Below are positions 37,039 to 47,441 of a DNA stretch of 64,000 nucleotides, piece after piece. Source of the DNA: Candidatus Iainarchaeum sp. (GTDB lineage: Archaea; Iainarchaeota; Iainarchaeia; Iainarchaeales; GCA-2688035); assembly GCA_017610205.1 (NCBI GenBank), contig JAFCCL010000005.1, positions 11,221 through 75,220 of the forward strand, in the 5' to 3' direction. The notes beneath the pieces are model-generated. The model had not been told where the DNA came from, did no database searches, and worked only from the letters and a program-made list of their open reading frames with translations. Position 1 is the stretch's first letter, and the number at the start of each line of letters is the position of its first letter. Made by a program: the position numbers and the translations under genes.

Positions 37039-37556
37039 ATTTTTTTTCCCGTTGGTCCATATCTTTCAATTGCTTCCCTGGTATCTCGCCATTTCAAATA
37101 GTCTGCTCTTGTCAGGTTTTTGGCATATTCCTTGCTAAATATGGTACTCTGCATTATAAACCAGGTTTCAATTATTGACATCTCTTTTCTAAGTTCACGA
37201 TTCTGCTGTTTAACTGCTTTTAAATGGCCGCCCATAGGAAATTTTGGGTCATAGTTTTTCCACTCAACTAATTCGTGTCTTGCAACATCTTGTCTTCCTG
37301 CTTTACTTAACAAATCGGATACCAGGATTAATGGCTGGTTTAAATCAAGTACATATGTAGACCCTCTTTTTCTAACAAGTTCTTCATTGGAAAGCTTATA
37401 GGGAATATTTTCTGGCAAGTATTCAACTCTTTCACTTTTACGCCATATTTCAAATATTTGCTTGGTTTTCCAATCAAGTCTTTTAGCTTTTTTTAAAATA
37501 AGCGGTGTTAAAAGTTCGCCCGGTGTTTTCTGTTTTGTTCGAGCTTTTCGCCTCAT
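37035..37556 (-). CDS. hypothetical basic protein co-transcribed with rfcS (ATGA overlap)
   Basis: ORF track; 173 aa; no motif recognised. Confidence 0.35.
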   Translation of the reverse strand: MRRKARTKQKTPGELLTPLILKKAKRLDWKTKQIFEIWRKSERVEYLPENIPYKLSNEELVRKRGSTYVLDLNQPLILVSDLLSKAGRQDVARHELVEWKNYDPKFPMGGHLKAVKQQNRELRKEMSIIETWFIMQSTIFSKEYAKNLTRADYLKWRDTREAIERYGPTGKKI

Positions 37557-40438
37557 TCTCCAAACCTTGCAAACTGCGCCAGCATTGCTTCAAGTTGAAC
37601 CCTTTCATTCGCACCTTCAACAAGCCTAAAATCATATTCTCCTATTACATCAACCAAGCCAATCTTTGCCTTTGAGGGAATGTCTTTTTCTTCCGAGTTC
37701 ATTACTTCTCTGTAAACCTGGCTTATTACGTCTTCGCCTGACATTCCGTGTTCGTACATTAGCTTGTCCAGAAGATTTCTTGCGTCCATAAACTTTCCTT
37801 CTAATGCTGTTGCAATCATTTCTTTTACTTCCTGTGGTTTTGCCCTGCTGCTTACATTAAAGACTGTTTTTTCGTCAACTTTTTTGTTAAGTGCTGAGGA
37901 AGCCTGTAAAACATTTACTGCTTTTCTTAAATCTCCCATGCTTACATAAACAATTGCATCAAGTGCTTTTTTGTTAACTTCAATTCCTTCGTTTTTTGCA
38001 ATTTTTTGAATCCTTTCCTCAATTTCTTTTGCCTGAAGTGGTCTGAATCTGAATACAATGCATCTGCTTTGAAGTGGTTCAATAATTCTGCTTGAGTAAT
38101 TGCAATTGTGACTTACTATGCCATTTGCTAAAAAATTGTGGTTTTTTGTACAGGTTATGTCCCTTACATCACTACATTCAATTTCTTTAATTTCTATTAC
38201 TTTGTTGAAAACAAAGTTATCTCCTGCACTGGATTCTTTTTTCCATTGCCTGAAATTTGGAAAGTCTCTTGGCAAATGAACGGCCTTTCCCTTGAATTGA
38301 TTCGCTACAAAATCAGCACTGCAATCGTATCTTATTGCAAGAGCTCTCTTACTTAAATTACCTGCATCTTCTAAAATCTTTATAGCTTTCTGTTTTTGTT
38401 GTTCTAAATAGTATAATTTGCATCTGAGATACTCGGCAGCAAGCCTTGATTTGCCAATTTTTTCTTTTTCAAATGCGTATCCTACCCTGCTAAAGAACCT
38501 AAACAAGTTTTTGTTATTGCTGTTAAGTAACAGTTCATAGGAATCAGTAATATTTCCGTCTTTTCTTTTTGTTCCAAGTTTTCTTATTTTTATATATGAT
38601 TTTACTTCAAATTCTTCTAAGAGCGTTTTTATTTGTTCATAGAATTCTATCATATTCTGTTTTAATTTCCTGCTTTTATGCATTCTCAAAGTTACTGCCT
38701 CAAAGTTTTTGTGTTTTATTTTTGGTGAATACCCTTCGCATCCGTAAAGGCTTCTCAAAAACTCTCTTTTTACAAACTTTGTGCCGTACATCACCCAATT
38801 TGGTATTTTGTAGGGAGTAACCACTTTATCTCCCACAGGTGTGCCCAAAAACCTTAATTGGGTTACAAGATATTGTGAATCTAGATAAAATGAGGTTGTT
38901 TTTCCTACGAATTGTCTGCCCTTGATTGTATTAGTCAGTGTTTTTGTTTGAATGTCAGAGGCTCTAAAGCCTAAAATTGCCAAATCCTTTTTAATTTCTA
39001 AAAGAGCTTGTTTATTACCTGTGAAAATAAGTCTTACGCCGTTCTTTACTACGTGTCCATCTCCAAACAGGAAACTATATATTCTTGTGAACGCGCCAAT
39101 TCTTTTGTCATTGTAGCCTATTCCAAGCAACCCTTTTTCATTCAATTTTTCAAGACTTGTTTCAAAACCTCCCTGTATTTTTATTGTTTTTTCCAAGTGC
39201 TTTTTAATGCCTCCATAAGATATATTTATTCTAAATTCTTTTTCAAGGATGTTTCGTATATCCATTTTATTGCGCAGTTGCAAAGGGTTTTTTCCTATTA
39301 TTTTAAAAGAATGTATTTTTGGGTTTTTTTCGGCAATTCTTTTTAGGTAGCCTTTCTTTTCAATTTGCTTCAGCATTTGTACAGTTCTTATCCTTGATAG
39401 TCTTAAATTGTCTTGTATCTGTTTTCTTGTCATCTCGCCTTTTTGTTTTAACATTTCATAGATTTGGTTTTCTCTTACTGTAAGGCCTTTGTTATTTTTG
39501 ATTATCTCAAACAGTTCCTTTGCCCTGTTAATTATTTTTCGTTTCTCTGAAGAAATTAATTCTCTAAACACTTTTGCTTCTTCAAGGCTTTTATAACCTT
39601 TTTCTTTTTGTTCTTTCAATAAAAATTCTTTGAACAGGTTCAAATTAACTATTGTTCTGTTGTCCTCTTCAAAACCTGTTCCCTCTAAATTTGGAAAAAC
39701 AATTAGCTTGTCATCAATATCTAACGCGCCTACTTTTTTCCAGCCTGCCTTTGTTAAAAGCAGATGATCCGCGGTTGCTTTTATTTTTCTTCCAGAGTTT
39801 GTTGTCAACTCAAAAACTTTTTTCTTACTCTTTTTTGGATTCTGCTGAATGCAACAAATAACTTGGTCTTTTTCCAGGTTTCCGCTGTTTTGATTCTTTG
39901 TTAAAACAACATTTTCTTTTTTTTCTTCAAACCGTTTCATAAACTCTTCAATGCTTATTTCAACCTCTTCAGGCAAAACAATTTTTGTATCTGGAGTTAC
40001 GCAGCTTAAAATAAAACGGCATGTTTTTGTGTACTTTTCCATTGTTCTTCGCAGTGCATGTTGTGCGTCGCTTGTAAGGGCGTCTGATTCGTCCAAAAAG
40101 ATTATTTTAAAGTCTGCGTTGAATGCAAGGGTTCTTGCAAAATCTTTTATCTGTCCTCTTACAACGTCAATTCCTCTTGAGTCAGATGCATTCAATTCCA
40201 AAAAATTGCGTCCAAATTCGTTGCCGTAGAGTTCTTTTGCAAGTGCTACTGCTGCTGAGGTTTTGCCAATTCCTGCCGGGCCGCTAAACATCATATTCGG
40301 GGCATTGTGGTTTGCAACATAGCTTTGTAGCCTGCTAATTGCTTGCTTTTGCCCTACAACATCTGCTAATGCAACAGGCCTATATTTTTCAATCCAAGGC
40401 AATTCTATTTCCATTGCTTCCCCAACTCCTTTAATCAT
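37553..40438 (-). CDS. rfcS: replication factor C small subunit interrupted by a large intein
   Basis: Walker [16 protein letters not shown]-box-like FLDESDAL, and the extein junction RFILS|C...HN|[15 protein letters not shown]; exteins total about 328 aa; likely true start [13 protein letters not shown] (comp 40414). Confidence 0.85.
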   Translation of the reverse strand: MIKGVGEAMEIELPWIEKYRPVALADVVGQKQAISRLQSYVANHNAPNMMFSGPAGIGKTSAAVALAKELYGNEFGRNFLELNASDSRGIDVVRGQIKDFARTLAFNADFKIIFLDESDALTSDAQHALRRTMEKYTKTCRFILSCVTPDTKIVLPEEVEISIEEFMKRFEEKKENVVLTKNQNSGNLEKDQVICCIQQNPKKSKKKVFELTTNSGRKIKATADHLLLTKAGWKKVGALDIDDKLIVFPNLEGTGFEEDNRTIVNLNLFKEFLLKEQKEKGYKSLEEAKVFRELISSEKRKIINRAKELFEIIKNNKGLTVRENQIYEMLKQKGEMTRKQIQDNLRLSRIRTVQMLKQIEKKGYLKRIAEKNPKIHSFKIIGKNPLQLRNKMDIRNILEKEFRINISYGGIKKHLEKTIKIQGGFETSLEKLNEKGLLGIGYNDKRIGAFTRIYSFLFGDGHVVKNGVRLIFTGNKQALLEIKKDLAILGFRASDIQTKTLTNTIKGRQFVGKTTSFYLDSQYLVTQLRFLGTPVGDKVVTPYKIPNWVMYGTKFVKREFLRSLYGCEGYSPKIKHKNFEAVTLRMHKSRKLKQNMIEFYEQIKTLLEEFEVKSYIKIRKLGTKRKDGNITDSYELLLNSNNKNLFRFFSRVGYAFEKEKIGKSRLAAEYLRCKLYYLEQQKQKAIKILEDAGNLSKRALAIRYDCSADFVANQFKGKAVHLPRDFPNFRQWKKESSAGDNFVFNKVIEIKEIECSDVRDITCTKNHNFLANGIVSHNCNYSSRIIEPLQSRCIVFRFRPLQAKEIEERIQKIAKNEGIEVNKKALDAIVYVSMGDLRKAVNVLQASSALNKKVDEKTVFNVSSRAKPQEVKEMIATALEGKFMDARNLLDKLMYEHGMSGEDVISQVYREVMNSEEKDIPSKAKIGLVDVIGEYDFRLVEGANERVQLEAMLAQFARFGE
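38105..40003 (-). mobile_element. 633-aa intein (Cys1 ... His-Asn, +1 Cys) in rfcS with a LAGLIDADG homing endonuclease and extra helix-turn-helix-like inserts
   Basis: Starts [14 protein letters not shown], ends IVSHN|C; LAGLIDADG motifs SFLFGDGHV and [11 protein letters not shown]. Confidence 0.75.
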
Positions 40439-40502
40439 ATCTTTGCCATGAAAACAGTTTTAAACTTATTACCCTTTAGTTATCTTAATTAAGTGATTAA
40501 AA

Positions 40503-41048
40503 ATGGGTGAAAAAGAAGAGCAGAATTCAAATTCCGGGAAAGAACCAAGTTCTGGGAAAAAGCAGGCTTCTAATATAAAGCCTCTTTCAACAAACAAGCT
40601 TATTGTAGCAGGCGTTATCTGCGTAATGGCCTATGTTGTAATTATGTTTTTGGGCGTTGCAAGAGCACAACTTTCAGAAATTCCTTTAATTGGCGATTTT
40701 TTGACTCTTCCAGGTTTTGAAAGCCCGATGTTTTTGGTAATGCCATTTTTTGCATTTTTTGCATTGTTTTTCTTAATTGACTGGGTAAGAAACGGTTTTG
40801 AGCTAAAGCTTTCTTTTGGAATGCTTTGCCTTATAGTTCTTGTAATATTTGTTTTGCTTTCTCTTGCAGCTTACTATGTTGCCCTCTACTGGTACATTTC
40901 AAATTTTGCTCTGTTGCAGGGGATTGAAATGAACCCTGACCAGGTTGACCTTTGGGGCAAGCTAACAAACAGCGCCTTTATGCTCTTCATCTGGGGCGGA
41001 ATGTTTGGCGTACTTGGAAGATACCTTGTTGAAAAAATCAATTTGTAA
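40503..41048 (+). CDS. membrane protein, function unknown
   Basis: ORF track; 4 hydrophobic segments. Confidence 0.35.
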   Translation: MGEKEEQNSNSGKEPSSGKKQASNIKPLSTNKLIVAGVICVMAYVVIMFLGVARAQLSEIPLIGDFLTLPGFESPMFLVMPFFAFFALFFLIDWVRNGFELKLSFGMLCLIVLVIFVLLSLAAYYVALYWYISNFALLQGIEMNPDQVDLWGKLTNSAFMLFIWGGMFGVLGRYLVEKINL

Positions 41049-41115
41049 AACGAATTCAACGCCTACTGGGGCACCATTACTTTCTTTTTAATTTCTTTCC
41101 CACAATTTCTTTTTT

Positions 41116-42366
41116 ATGAAAGCGTTTGTAGAAGGCAGTGGCTGCAGCCTGAATAAGAGTGATACTGAACAAATAAGAGGCTTTTTGCTGCAGAACAATT
41201 TCGAGCTCGTAAGCAAGCCGGAAAGCGCTGATTTGCTTTTGCTCAATGCCTGTGCTGTAAAAGAGCAGACCGAAACCAAGATGCTTAGGAGAATAGTGCA
41301 GTTGAATTCAATTTCCAAAAAGCAAAAAAGCACTCTTGTTGTTTTTGGATGCTTTCCAAAAATAAACCCGCTGGCAATTTCTTCCATTTCCAAAAAAATT
41401 GTGCAAATAGGCCCATGCCTTGAAAAGCTTGCTTCCTTTCTTGAATTGCCTGAACAAAATTTTTCCCCCGACCTGAACGAAAAAAAGACAAGCAATTTAA
41501 TTTCAATTATTCCAATTTGCCGGGGCTGCCTTGGAAACTGTGCCTATTGCGCAGTGCGCAATGCAAGAGGCAAACTGAAAAGCTATTCCATTGCACAGCT
41601 GAACAAAAAGTTTAAGCAAGGGCTTGAGCAAGGCTGTAGTGAATTCTGGCTTACGGCCCAGGACTGCGGCTGTTACGGTTTTGACATTGGAACAAACATT
41701 GTTGCTTTGCTCAAAACACTGCTGCGCAACAAAGGCAATTTTAGGATAAGGGTTGGAATGGCAAACCCTGCGCATTTGAAAAAGTTTTTGCCAGAATACC
41801 TTGCCTTGTTTGAACACAAAAGACTTTTTCGCTTTTTTCATTTGCCGGTGCAATCCGGCAGCAATGCCGTGCTTGAAAAAATGAACCGAGGTTATAAGAA
41901 AGAGGATTTTTTGCTTATTGTTAAAAAAATTCGCAAACGGTTTCCTAACGCAAGCATTTCCCTTGATTTAATTGTTGGCTTTCCAGGAGAAACAGAGCAG
42001 CAGTTTGAAGAAACACTTTTCCTTGTTGAAAAAGTTAAGCCAGATGTTGTAAACATTAGCAGGTTTGGTGCAAGACCAAATACGCTTGCGGCTCTAATGC
42101 CTGGGCAGCTTCATGGAAGGGAAAAAAAGGAAAGAAGCAGAAAGCTTACTGTTTTATGCAAAAGAATTTTGCTTGAAAGAAACAAGGGCTTTATTGGTTC
42201 AAAGCAGTTAATTCTTGTTGACAAAAAGGGATTGAAGGGAAATTTTGTCGGCAGAAACCAAAATTACAAACCAATTGTGGTAAAAAAGCCAGTTCTTGGA
42301 AGTTTTGTTTCGGTTAAGGTAAAAAAAGTTTTTTCAAATTATCTTGAAGCATCTGTGGCAAAATAA
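41116..42366 (+). CDS. radical-SAM methylthiotransferase (MiaB/MtaB-like tRNA modification enzyme)
   Basis: N-terminal MTTase domain, CRGCLGNCAYCAV radical-SAM motif, C-terminal TRAM-like region (VSVKVKKV). Confidence 0.7.
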   Translation: MKAFVEGSGCSLNKSDTEQIRGFLLQNNFELVSKPESADLLLLNACAVKEQTETKMLRRIVQLNSISKKQKSTLVVFGCFPKINPLAISSISKKIVQIGPCLEKLASFLELPEQNFSPDLNEKKTSNLISIIPICRGCLGNCAYCAVRNARGKLKSYSIAQLNKKFKQGLEQGCSEFWLTAQDCGCYGFDIGTNIVALLKTLLRNKGNFRIRVGMANPAHLKKFLPEYLALFEHKRLFRFFHLPVQSGSNAVLEKMNRGYKKEDFLLIVKKIRKRFPNASISLDLIVGFPGETEQQFEETLFLVEKVKPDVVNISRFGARPNTLAALMPGQLHGREKKERSRKLTVLCKRILLERNKGFIGSKQLILVDKKGLKGNFVGRNQNYKPIVVKKPVLGSFVSVKVKKVFSNYLEASVAK

Positions 42367-42916
42367 ATCAAAAAAGAACCGCCTGTGAAAAATAAATCAA
42401 AAAAAGAATTAGTTTTTTTTGCAAAAAAATTGGCTTATTCTTCTGTTGGTTTTTCAGTTTCTTCACTACTGTCGTCGTCTCCGCACCAGCATCCGTGCAA
42501 AAATTTCATAGTGAACTACCATAACCTAACACCTTTGGCGTCGAGGTTATAGCTTCCTGTTTCATTGATAAGGCTTGCTTTGGGCTTATACCGCCAGTAG
42601 AGGCTTCATCTCTTTCAGGCTTGCATTCGGACAGTTCCTGCCCTATCTTACTTTCGTAAGCATTATGTTTATTGTTTTGGTTATCTGCCAGCACTTTCAG
42701 CCTTACAGACAACTTATGTGTATAGGGTTCTTTCTTCTTTATAAGTGTTTTGTTCGCCAATTCATCCACAACCTAACATAGTTCAGGTTGTGGACTTCTT
42801 GGCAATAAGGTTAAATCACCTTAATTTCCTTTGTTTTACCTTTTTAAAAACCTTTCTTAAAGCCAAAGTAGGTTTTTTAACAACTTATGCAGCGATTACT
42901 ATTAGGGGTTGTTTGA

Positions 42917-43708
42917 TTGCTTTTCCAAAATTCCATTGAGCAATATAAGGCAAATTTCAAAACTGCGTTAGTTTTTGCCCTTCTTTTGGTGTTTGTGCCT
43001 GTTTTTGCCTTTTTTCACAATATTTACATAAGCAGCGGCTCGATTTTTATTGACTACAACATTGCCCTTGCAGACCCGCTTATTCTTCTTGCTGAAACAG
43101 GCTTAATTGCCCTTTTTCTTCTTTTTTATTCCTTTTTTGTTTCGGTAATAATTTTTTCTGTGCGAAAAAATCTAAGCCCTTTAAAACTGCAATTTTATTT
43201 GCATGAAATGATTCAAAAGTTTGCACTTCGCCTGTTTTCCTTCTTTGCCATCTATTGCTTTTTCTTTTTCCTGCTAATGTCAGGCCTTGTTGCTTTTGGC
43301 ATTCCGTTGCTTTTGGCAAACATTATTCTGCTTGTGATTTCGCTTTTGTTAATGTTTGTTCCGCAGGCAGTTGTTGTAGAGGAAGAAGGCTTAATGCATG
43401 CGCTTTCAAGCAATTTCGAGTTTCTTTTCAAGACTCCAAAGTCTTTTGCAACCATTGCAATAATTGGAGCAGTGTTCCTTTCACTCCTGCAGCTTTTTGA
43501 ATTTGTCCTGGCACAGTTTACAATGTTTGCACCATACATTTCACTACTACTAGCTCTTGTTTTCATTTTTCCTTTTCTTGAAATAATGAAAACCTATTTG
43601 TATATGATGAAGTTTGACCTCATAAAACACCATGAGATTGCAAAAAGACAAAAGCCAAAACAGCCAAGGCCAGAGCCTGAGTCAATTGCAGATGCAGTAA
43701 AAAAATAG
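42917..43708 (+). CDS. polytopic membrane protein, function unknown
   Basis: ORF track; 6 or more TM segments. Confidence 0.35.
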   Translation: MLFQNSIEQYKANFKTALVFALLLVFVPVFAFFHNIYISSGSIFIDYNIALADPLILLAETGLIALFLLFYSFFVSVIIFSVRKNLSPLKLQFYLHEMIQKFALRLFSFFAIYCFFFFLLMSGLVAFGIPLLLANIILLVISLLLMFVPQAVVVEEEGLMHALSSNFEFLFKTPKSFATIAIIGAVFLSLLQLFEFVLAQFTMFAPYISLLLALVFIFPFLEIMKTYLYMMKFDLIKHHEIAKRQKPKQPRPEPESIADAVKK

Positions 43709-43773
43709 TTTCCTTCAGGAACTTTGCCCATTAATCTATTCATTCTTTTTCTTCAAATTCAATAATTCAAAGC

Positions 43774-45579
43774 CTATTTGCCTTTTTCTTCAAATTCAAT
43801 AATTCTAACATTTGAGTCAATCAATTCGTTTAATTCTTTTCTGTTTTCGGCTTTTGCTGCAAAGCTGTAATTTTTGCAAATGATTTTGCTTTTCCAGATT
43901 CTTTTTTCTTCAACTATTTTTTCAGGCTTCCTAAACGCTTTTTTATTTTTTGCTTCAAACCTTTTCCTTGCCTGAACGTTTTTCAATTCTGTTACAACAA
44001 AGTTTTCTGGCAAATGATTTTTCAGTTCAGTTAATATCTTTTCAGCAAACGAAATTGCCTCGTTTGCTTTTTCTGTTCCAACTGCAGTTTTGCCTATTTC
44101 CCCAAGGTTGTCCAATGCAATTGCAGAGGAAAGTTCTTCAATTTCAATTCCTTGTTTTTTGATATAGTTTTTTTGCAAAAGCTCCCTTCTTTTAATTTTG
44201 TCTAATTCAACAACAGCCCTTGCCTTTTTTCCAAGTTCTTCAAAGAACGATGTTTCATTTCCTTTGCAGCCAAGAGCTATTGATGTAAGATTGATTGCTG
44301 AAAAATTGCATAATCCTTTTCCTTCAAATGCAATTCCGTTTACCAGGGCAAATTCTGCATTTCGGCAGTTTAACACTGTTTTTGGAGTATGCTTATGCAA
44401 TAGCTTGAGTTTATATTTTGTGTCAACTGCTATTGCATTTTCAAATACTGGTGCAGGGCCTTCACTTCCTGATTTTAGCAAGCTGTTTGCAGCCGCAGCA
44501 ATGCTTTCTCTTTCAATTCCTTTGTCAAAAGATTCTGGTTCAAACAATGCCAGCGTGTTAAATGCAGGCACTGCTTTTCTGTTAAGAAAAATTGCTTTGG
44601 AAGCTCTTGCAAAAAGAATTGCTGCATCCTTTGCGGTTTTCTTTCCAACATTTGAAGCAATTGCTACGTTTACTGCAAAAAAGTTAGGGCGCCAGCTGTA
44701 AAACCTGCTTGCTTTGTTTGCTTTTTCAAGAATGTTGAATATCTTATCTTTTGGATTTTCTCCAGCTTTTGGTACAATGTTAACGGCGATGGGCTTTGTT
44801 GAAAAATCCTGAAGTTCTCCAATAAATATTTCTCCTGACAAATGCATTCTTCCAAGTTTTGAAGGAATGATTCTGAGTAAATTGTACTCGGCCATTATTG
44901 CTGTGCTGCCATAAGGTCCTTCACTTGCTTTTTTTCCTGCTTCAAAAACAGGCAATCCCAATCTTGTATACTGGTTTCTGATATTTTCGTGCCCGTATTC
45001 TAAAAGCTTTACATTAACCATTTCCCTAATTAAAGAAGTGCTAATGTTTTCGATTTCCAAATCTTTTATTTTTTCTTCAACTTCATGTCCTATCTTTTCG
45101 GCAACACCTCTTGGTACATTGGTTTCCATCAAAAGGCTTTTGATTATGTTGCCTCTGTCAAAGCCTTCAATAAGCTGCGAGCTTGTTCTGACCTGCATGC
45201 TTTGAAATGAAGCATAAATTGCTGCGGCCTTTGGATCAAGCTTTTGCAGCATTTCAACGGCTTTTTTTCTCATTGCTTTAATGCCCTTGCTTTCTTCTGC
45301 TGAAAGCTCTTTGACAATCTTTGTAATTGTCCACTTGTCAGCATTTGCTTCCTCGCATTCTTTGGCAATTTTTTCAATAAGTGCCTCAATTGGCTTTTCT
45401 TCCATGATTAAAAGCAATGCTACGAAATTTTTAACTGCTTGTCCCTCCTCTTCGAAAAGCAAACTTTTTAATAAAGTTTTATTTGAATTATTAATGTGAT
45501 GGGGGGGATTTTTTGGCAGTGAGCCTTGACAAAGTTGATTTGGTAATAATAAAAAACCTTTTGAAGGATGGCCGTTCAA
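43774..45579 (-). CDS. ATP-cone domain protein with a ribonucleotide-reductase-like body (divergent; no canonical thiyl-radical/glycyl-radical motifs seen)
   Basis: ATP-cone-like region near EALIEKIAKECEEANADKWTITKIVKEL...; GLCNFSAINL resembles the CNLGSINL motif of class I/II RNRs, but NxCxE and C-terminal Cys/Gly-radical motifs are absent; true start probably MEEKPIEALI. Confidence 0.4.
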   Translation of the reverse strand: MNGHPSKGFLLLPNQLCQGSLPKNPPHHINNSNKTLLKSLLFEEEGQAVKNFVALLLIMEEKPIEALIEKIAKECEEANADKWTITKIVKELSAEESKGIKAMRKKAVEMLQKLDPKAAAIYASFQSMQVRTSSQLIEGFDRGNIIKSLLMETNVPRGVAEKIGHEVEEKIKDLEIENISTSLIREMVNVKLLEYGHENIRNQYTRLGLPVFEAGKKASEGPYGSTAIMAEYNLLRIIPSKLGRMHLSGEIFIGELQDFSTKPIAVNIVPKAGENPKDKIFNILEKANKASRFYSWRPNFFAVNVAIASNVGKKTAKDAAILFARASKAIFLNRKAVPAFNTLALFEPESFDKGIERESIAAAANSLLKSGSEGPAPVFENAIAVDTKYKLKLLHKHTPKTVLNCRNAEFALVNGIAFEGKGLCNFSAINLTSIALGCKGNETSFFEELGKKARAVVELDKIKRRELLQKNYIKKQGIEIEELSSAIALDNLGEIGKTAVGTEKANEAISFAEKILTELKNHLPENFVVTELKNVQARKRFEAKNKKAFRKPEKIVEEKRIWKSKIICKNYSFAAKAENRKELNELIDSNVRIIEFEEKGK

Positions 45580-45986
45580 GTTTTAGTGGAATTGCAAAGC
45601 AGATTGGTCTTACTGATGTTGCAATAAAGAAAAGGATTGAAAGCCTTAAAAGAAAAGGCGTTTTAAGCAGCATTACTGCAAATCTCAATCTAAAAATTTT
45701 GGGATTTGAAAATCCAATTTATATTCAGATAAGGAGTGAAATTGGAAAAAACAAGGACCTGTTCAAGAAACTGAATGACTTTGACTGCCTTGTTGAATTG
45801 TACCAAGTTTTAGGCGAATACAACCTGCTTGCAAAACTTGTTGTAAAAGATTTAGGTGAGGCAGAAAAGGTTATTGCAAAGCTTGGTTTGCTTGACGGAA
45901 TAATTGACCTGAAAACACTTGTTGTTTTATCTGAATTAAAACATGGTCCAATACTTCCAAGCGGAGCATTGCAGAAAAAATTATAG
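45513..45986 (+). CDS. Lrp/AsnC family transcriptional regulator
   Basis: HTH (SFSGIAKQIGLTDVAIKKRIESLKRKGVL) plus C-terminal RAM-like domain; 157 aa. Confidence 0.7.
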   Translation: MAVSLDKVDLVIIKNLLKDGRSSFSGIAKQIGLTDVAIKKRIESLKRKGVLSSITANLNLKILGFENPIYIQIRSEIGKNKDLFKKLNDFDCLVELYQVLGEYNLLAKLVVKDLGEAEKVIAKLGLLDGIIDLKTLVVLSELKHGPILPSGALQKKL

Positions 45987-46023
45987 CCATCACGCCCGGC
46001 AGCCGCCACTGCCGGCTGGTCAG

Positions 46024-46058
46024 AGTGTCATCTTCGTTTGGATTCGATGACACGCCCT
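46024..46058 (+). other. second copy of the conserved motif GAGTGTCATCTTCGT...TCGATGACAC, preceded by the GCCGGCAG/CTGCCGGC hairpin, in a convergent intergenic region
   Basis: 14/15 and 10/10 identity to the blocks at 3775-3822; forms the 8-bp helix GTGTCATC/GATGACAC. Confidence 0.3.
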
Positions 46059-46122
46059 AGCTGGTCCGGATCCGATTGCCTATAGTAGCAATCCAACAGC
46101 TCGCTTGGGCTAGCAAAAGTTA

Positions 46123-47367
46123 TTAACCAACGGCTGTTGCCTTTTGCTTAGTTTCTCTTTCTACTTTCTTTTCAAGCCTTTGTTCGTTGATTGTTTTTGG
46201 CTTTTTGGCAAAGCTAAATGCAACCATTGAAATAAACACGCTTATGATTATTGCAATGTATACAATTTTCAGTATTATTTCACTTCCTGTTATTCCATAT
46301 GCTACAAACAATGGTGCCATTGCTGCTGGTGCAATTCCCTTTGGTGAAATAAGCCCCAGTTTTATTCTCTGCATTATGTTTAGGTCGCTTTTGTAGGAAA
46401 TGAGCATTACTGAAACCATTCTTGCAATAAGCAAGGCAACCGCAATAACAACTATTTCATATCTGTTTATTCCTAAAGAAGCTAATTCTGCAAAAGTAAA
46501 TTGCATTCCAAGCATTATGAAAACAAATATTGTGAAAAGGAAAGCAAGCTGTTCTGTGAAATTTCCAAGAAAATGGGTTTCCTTTTTTGCTGTACTGCTT
46601 AGTAAAAGGGAGGTAATTGCAACAGCAACAATTCCTGAACCAAAAAAGTTTTCAGCAATTACAAAAACTCCTATTGCAATCATCAAGCCGATTATTTCCT
46701 CATGTCTGTGTTTGCTTGCCTGCAATATTTTTTGTCCCCAGAATGCCCCCCCAAGTCCGACTACACCGCCTATTATTATCATTCCAAAAAATTTTGGTAC
46801 ATTAATCCATGCAAGTTCTGGTTTTATAAGATAGTCGAGAATAATTAACGGCAGGATTAATGTAAGCGGCTGGTTGAAAATTGATTCTGAAAGCAACACT
46901 GTTTTTATTCTGCTTTTTCCACTTGTTTCGGCAGAAGAAATTGCTGCGCTGTCACTTCCGCTTAAAAGCGCTCCTAAAACAATGGCGCTAAGTAAAGGAA
47001 TGCTTAGCAAAGCAAAAGTTATTCCGCTTATTATAAACAACGTTAGGAAAACTCCGAGTGTTGCAAGACTCAGTATAAGTTTGCTGTCTGCTTGCACTTC
47101 TTTGAGTTTTAGGTGGAACCCAGCACTGAATACTATTATTATCAATGCAAGTATTCTGATAAGGCCAGGCATGCTGCCAAGCAATTCAAGGTTAAGAATT
47201 CCAATGGATGCAAAAATTGTGCCAAAGATTATAAGCAACACAACAAATGGTATTTTGCTTTTGTTGCTAATAGCTTTTGCGATTATTCCAATGGCTAGGA
47301 TTATCCCAAACTGTGTAAGCAGGGCAAGCGTGTCTATTGGCATCACAATAAATCCTTCAACTGGCAT
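46123..47367 (-). CDS. monovalent cation:proton antiporter (Na+/H+ exchanger family)
   Basis: 414 aa, 10-12 TM segments, glycine-rich transporter core. Confidence 0.6.
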   Translation of the reverse strand: MPVEGFIVMPIDTLALLTQFGIILAIGIIAKAISNKSKIPFVVLLIIFGTIFASIGILNLELLGSMPGLIRILALIIIVFSAGFHLKLKEVQADSKLILSLATLGVFLTLFIISGITFALLSIPLLSAIVLGALLSGSDSAAISSAETSGKSRIKTVLLSESIFNQPLTLILPLIILDYLIKPELAWINVPKFFGMIIIGGVVGLGGAFWGQKILQASKHRHEEIIGLMIAIGVFVIAENFFGSGIVAVAITSLLLSSTAKKETHFLGNFTEQLAFLFTIFVFIMLGMQFTFAELASLGINRYEIVVIAVALLIARMVSVMLISYKSDLNIMQRIKLGLISPKGIAPAAMAPLFVAYGITGSEIILKIVYIAIIISVFISMVAFSFAKKPKTINEQRLEKKVERETKQKATAVG

Positions 47368-47441
47368 ATTATAGCAGAAAGTGGTTCTTTGTTTTTATAG
47401 TTTTTGTTGCAAAAGATATTTGGAAATTTTAGGTATTTTAA

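Noticed and set aside
42506-42769. 87-aa minus-strand ORF as a real protein gene
   Set aside because: No motif, composition unremarkable, and it is bounded by hairpin motifs. Kept only as part of a non-coding-region finding.
46187-47374. Plus-strand ORFs of 69-166 aa
   Set aside because: Antisense to the Na+/H+ antiporter gene; hydrophobic mirror-frame artefacts
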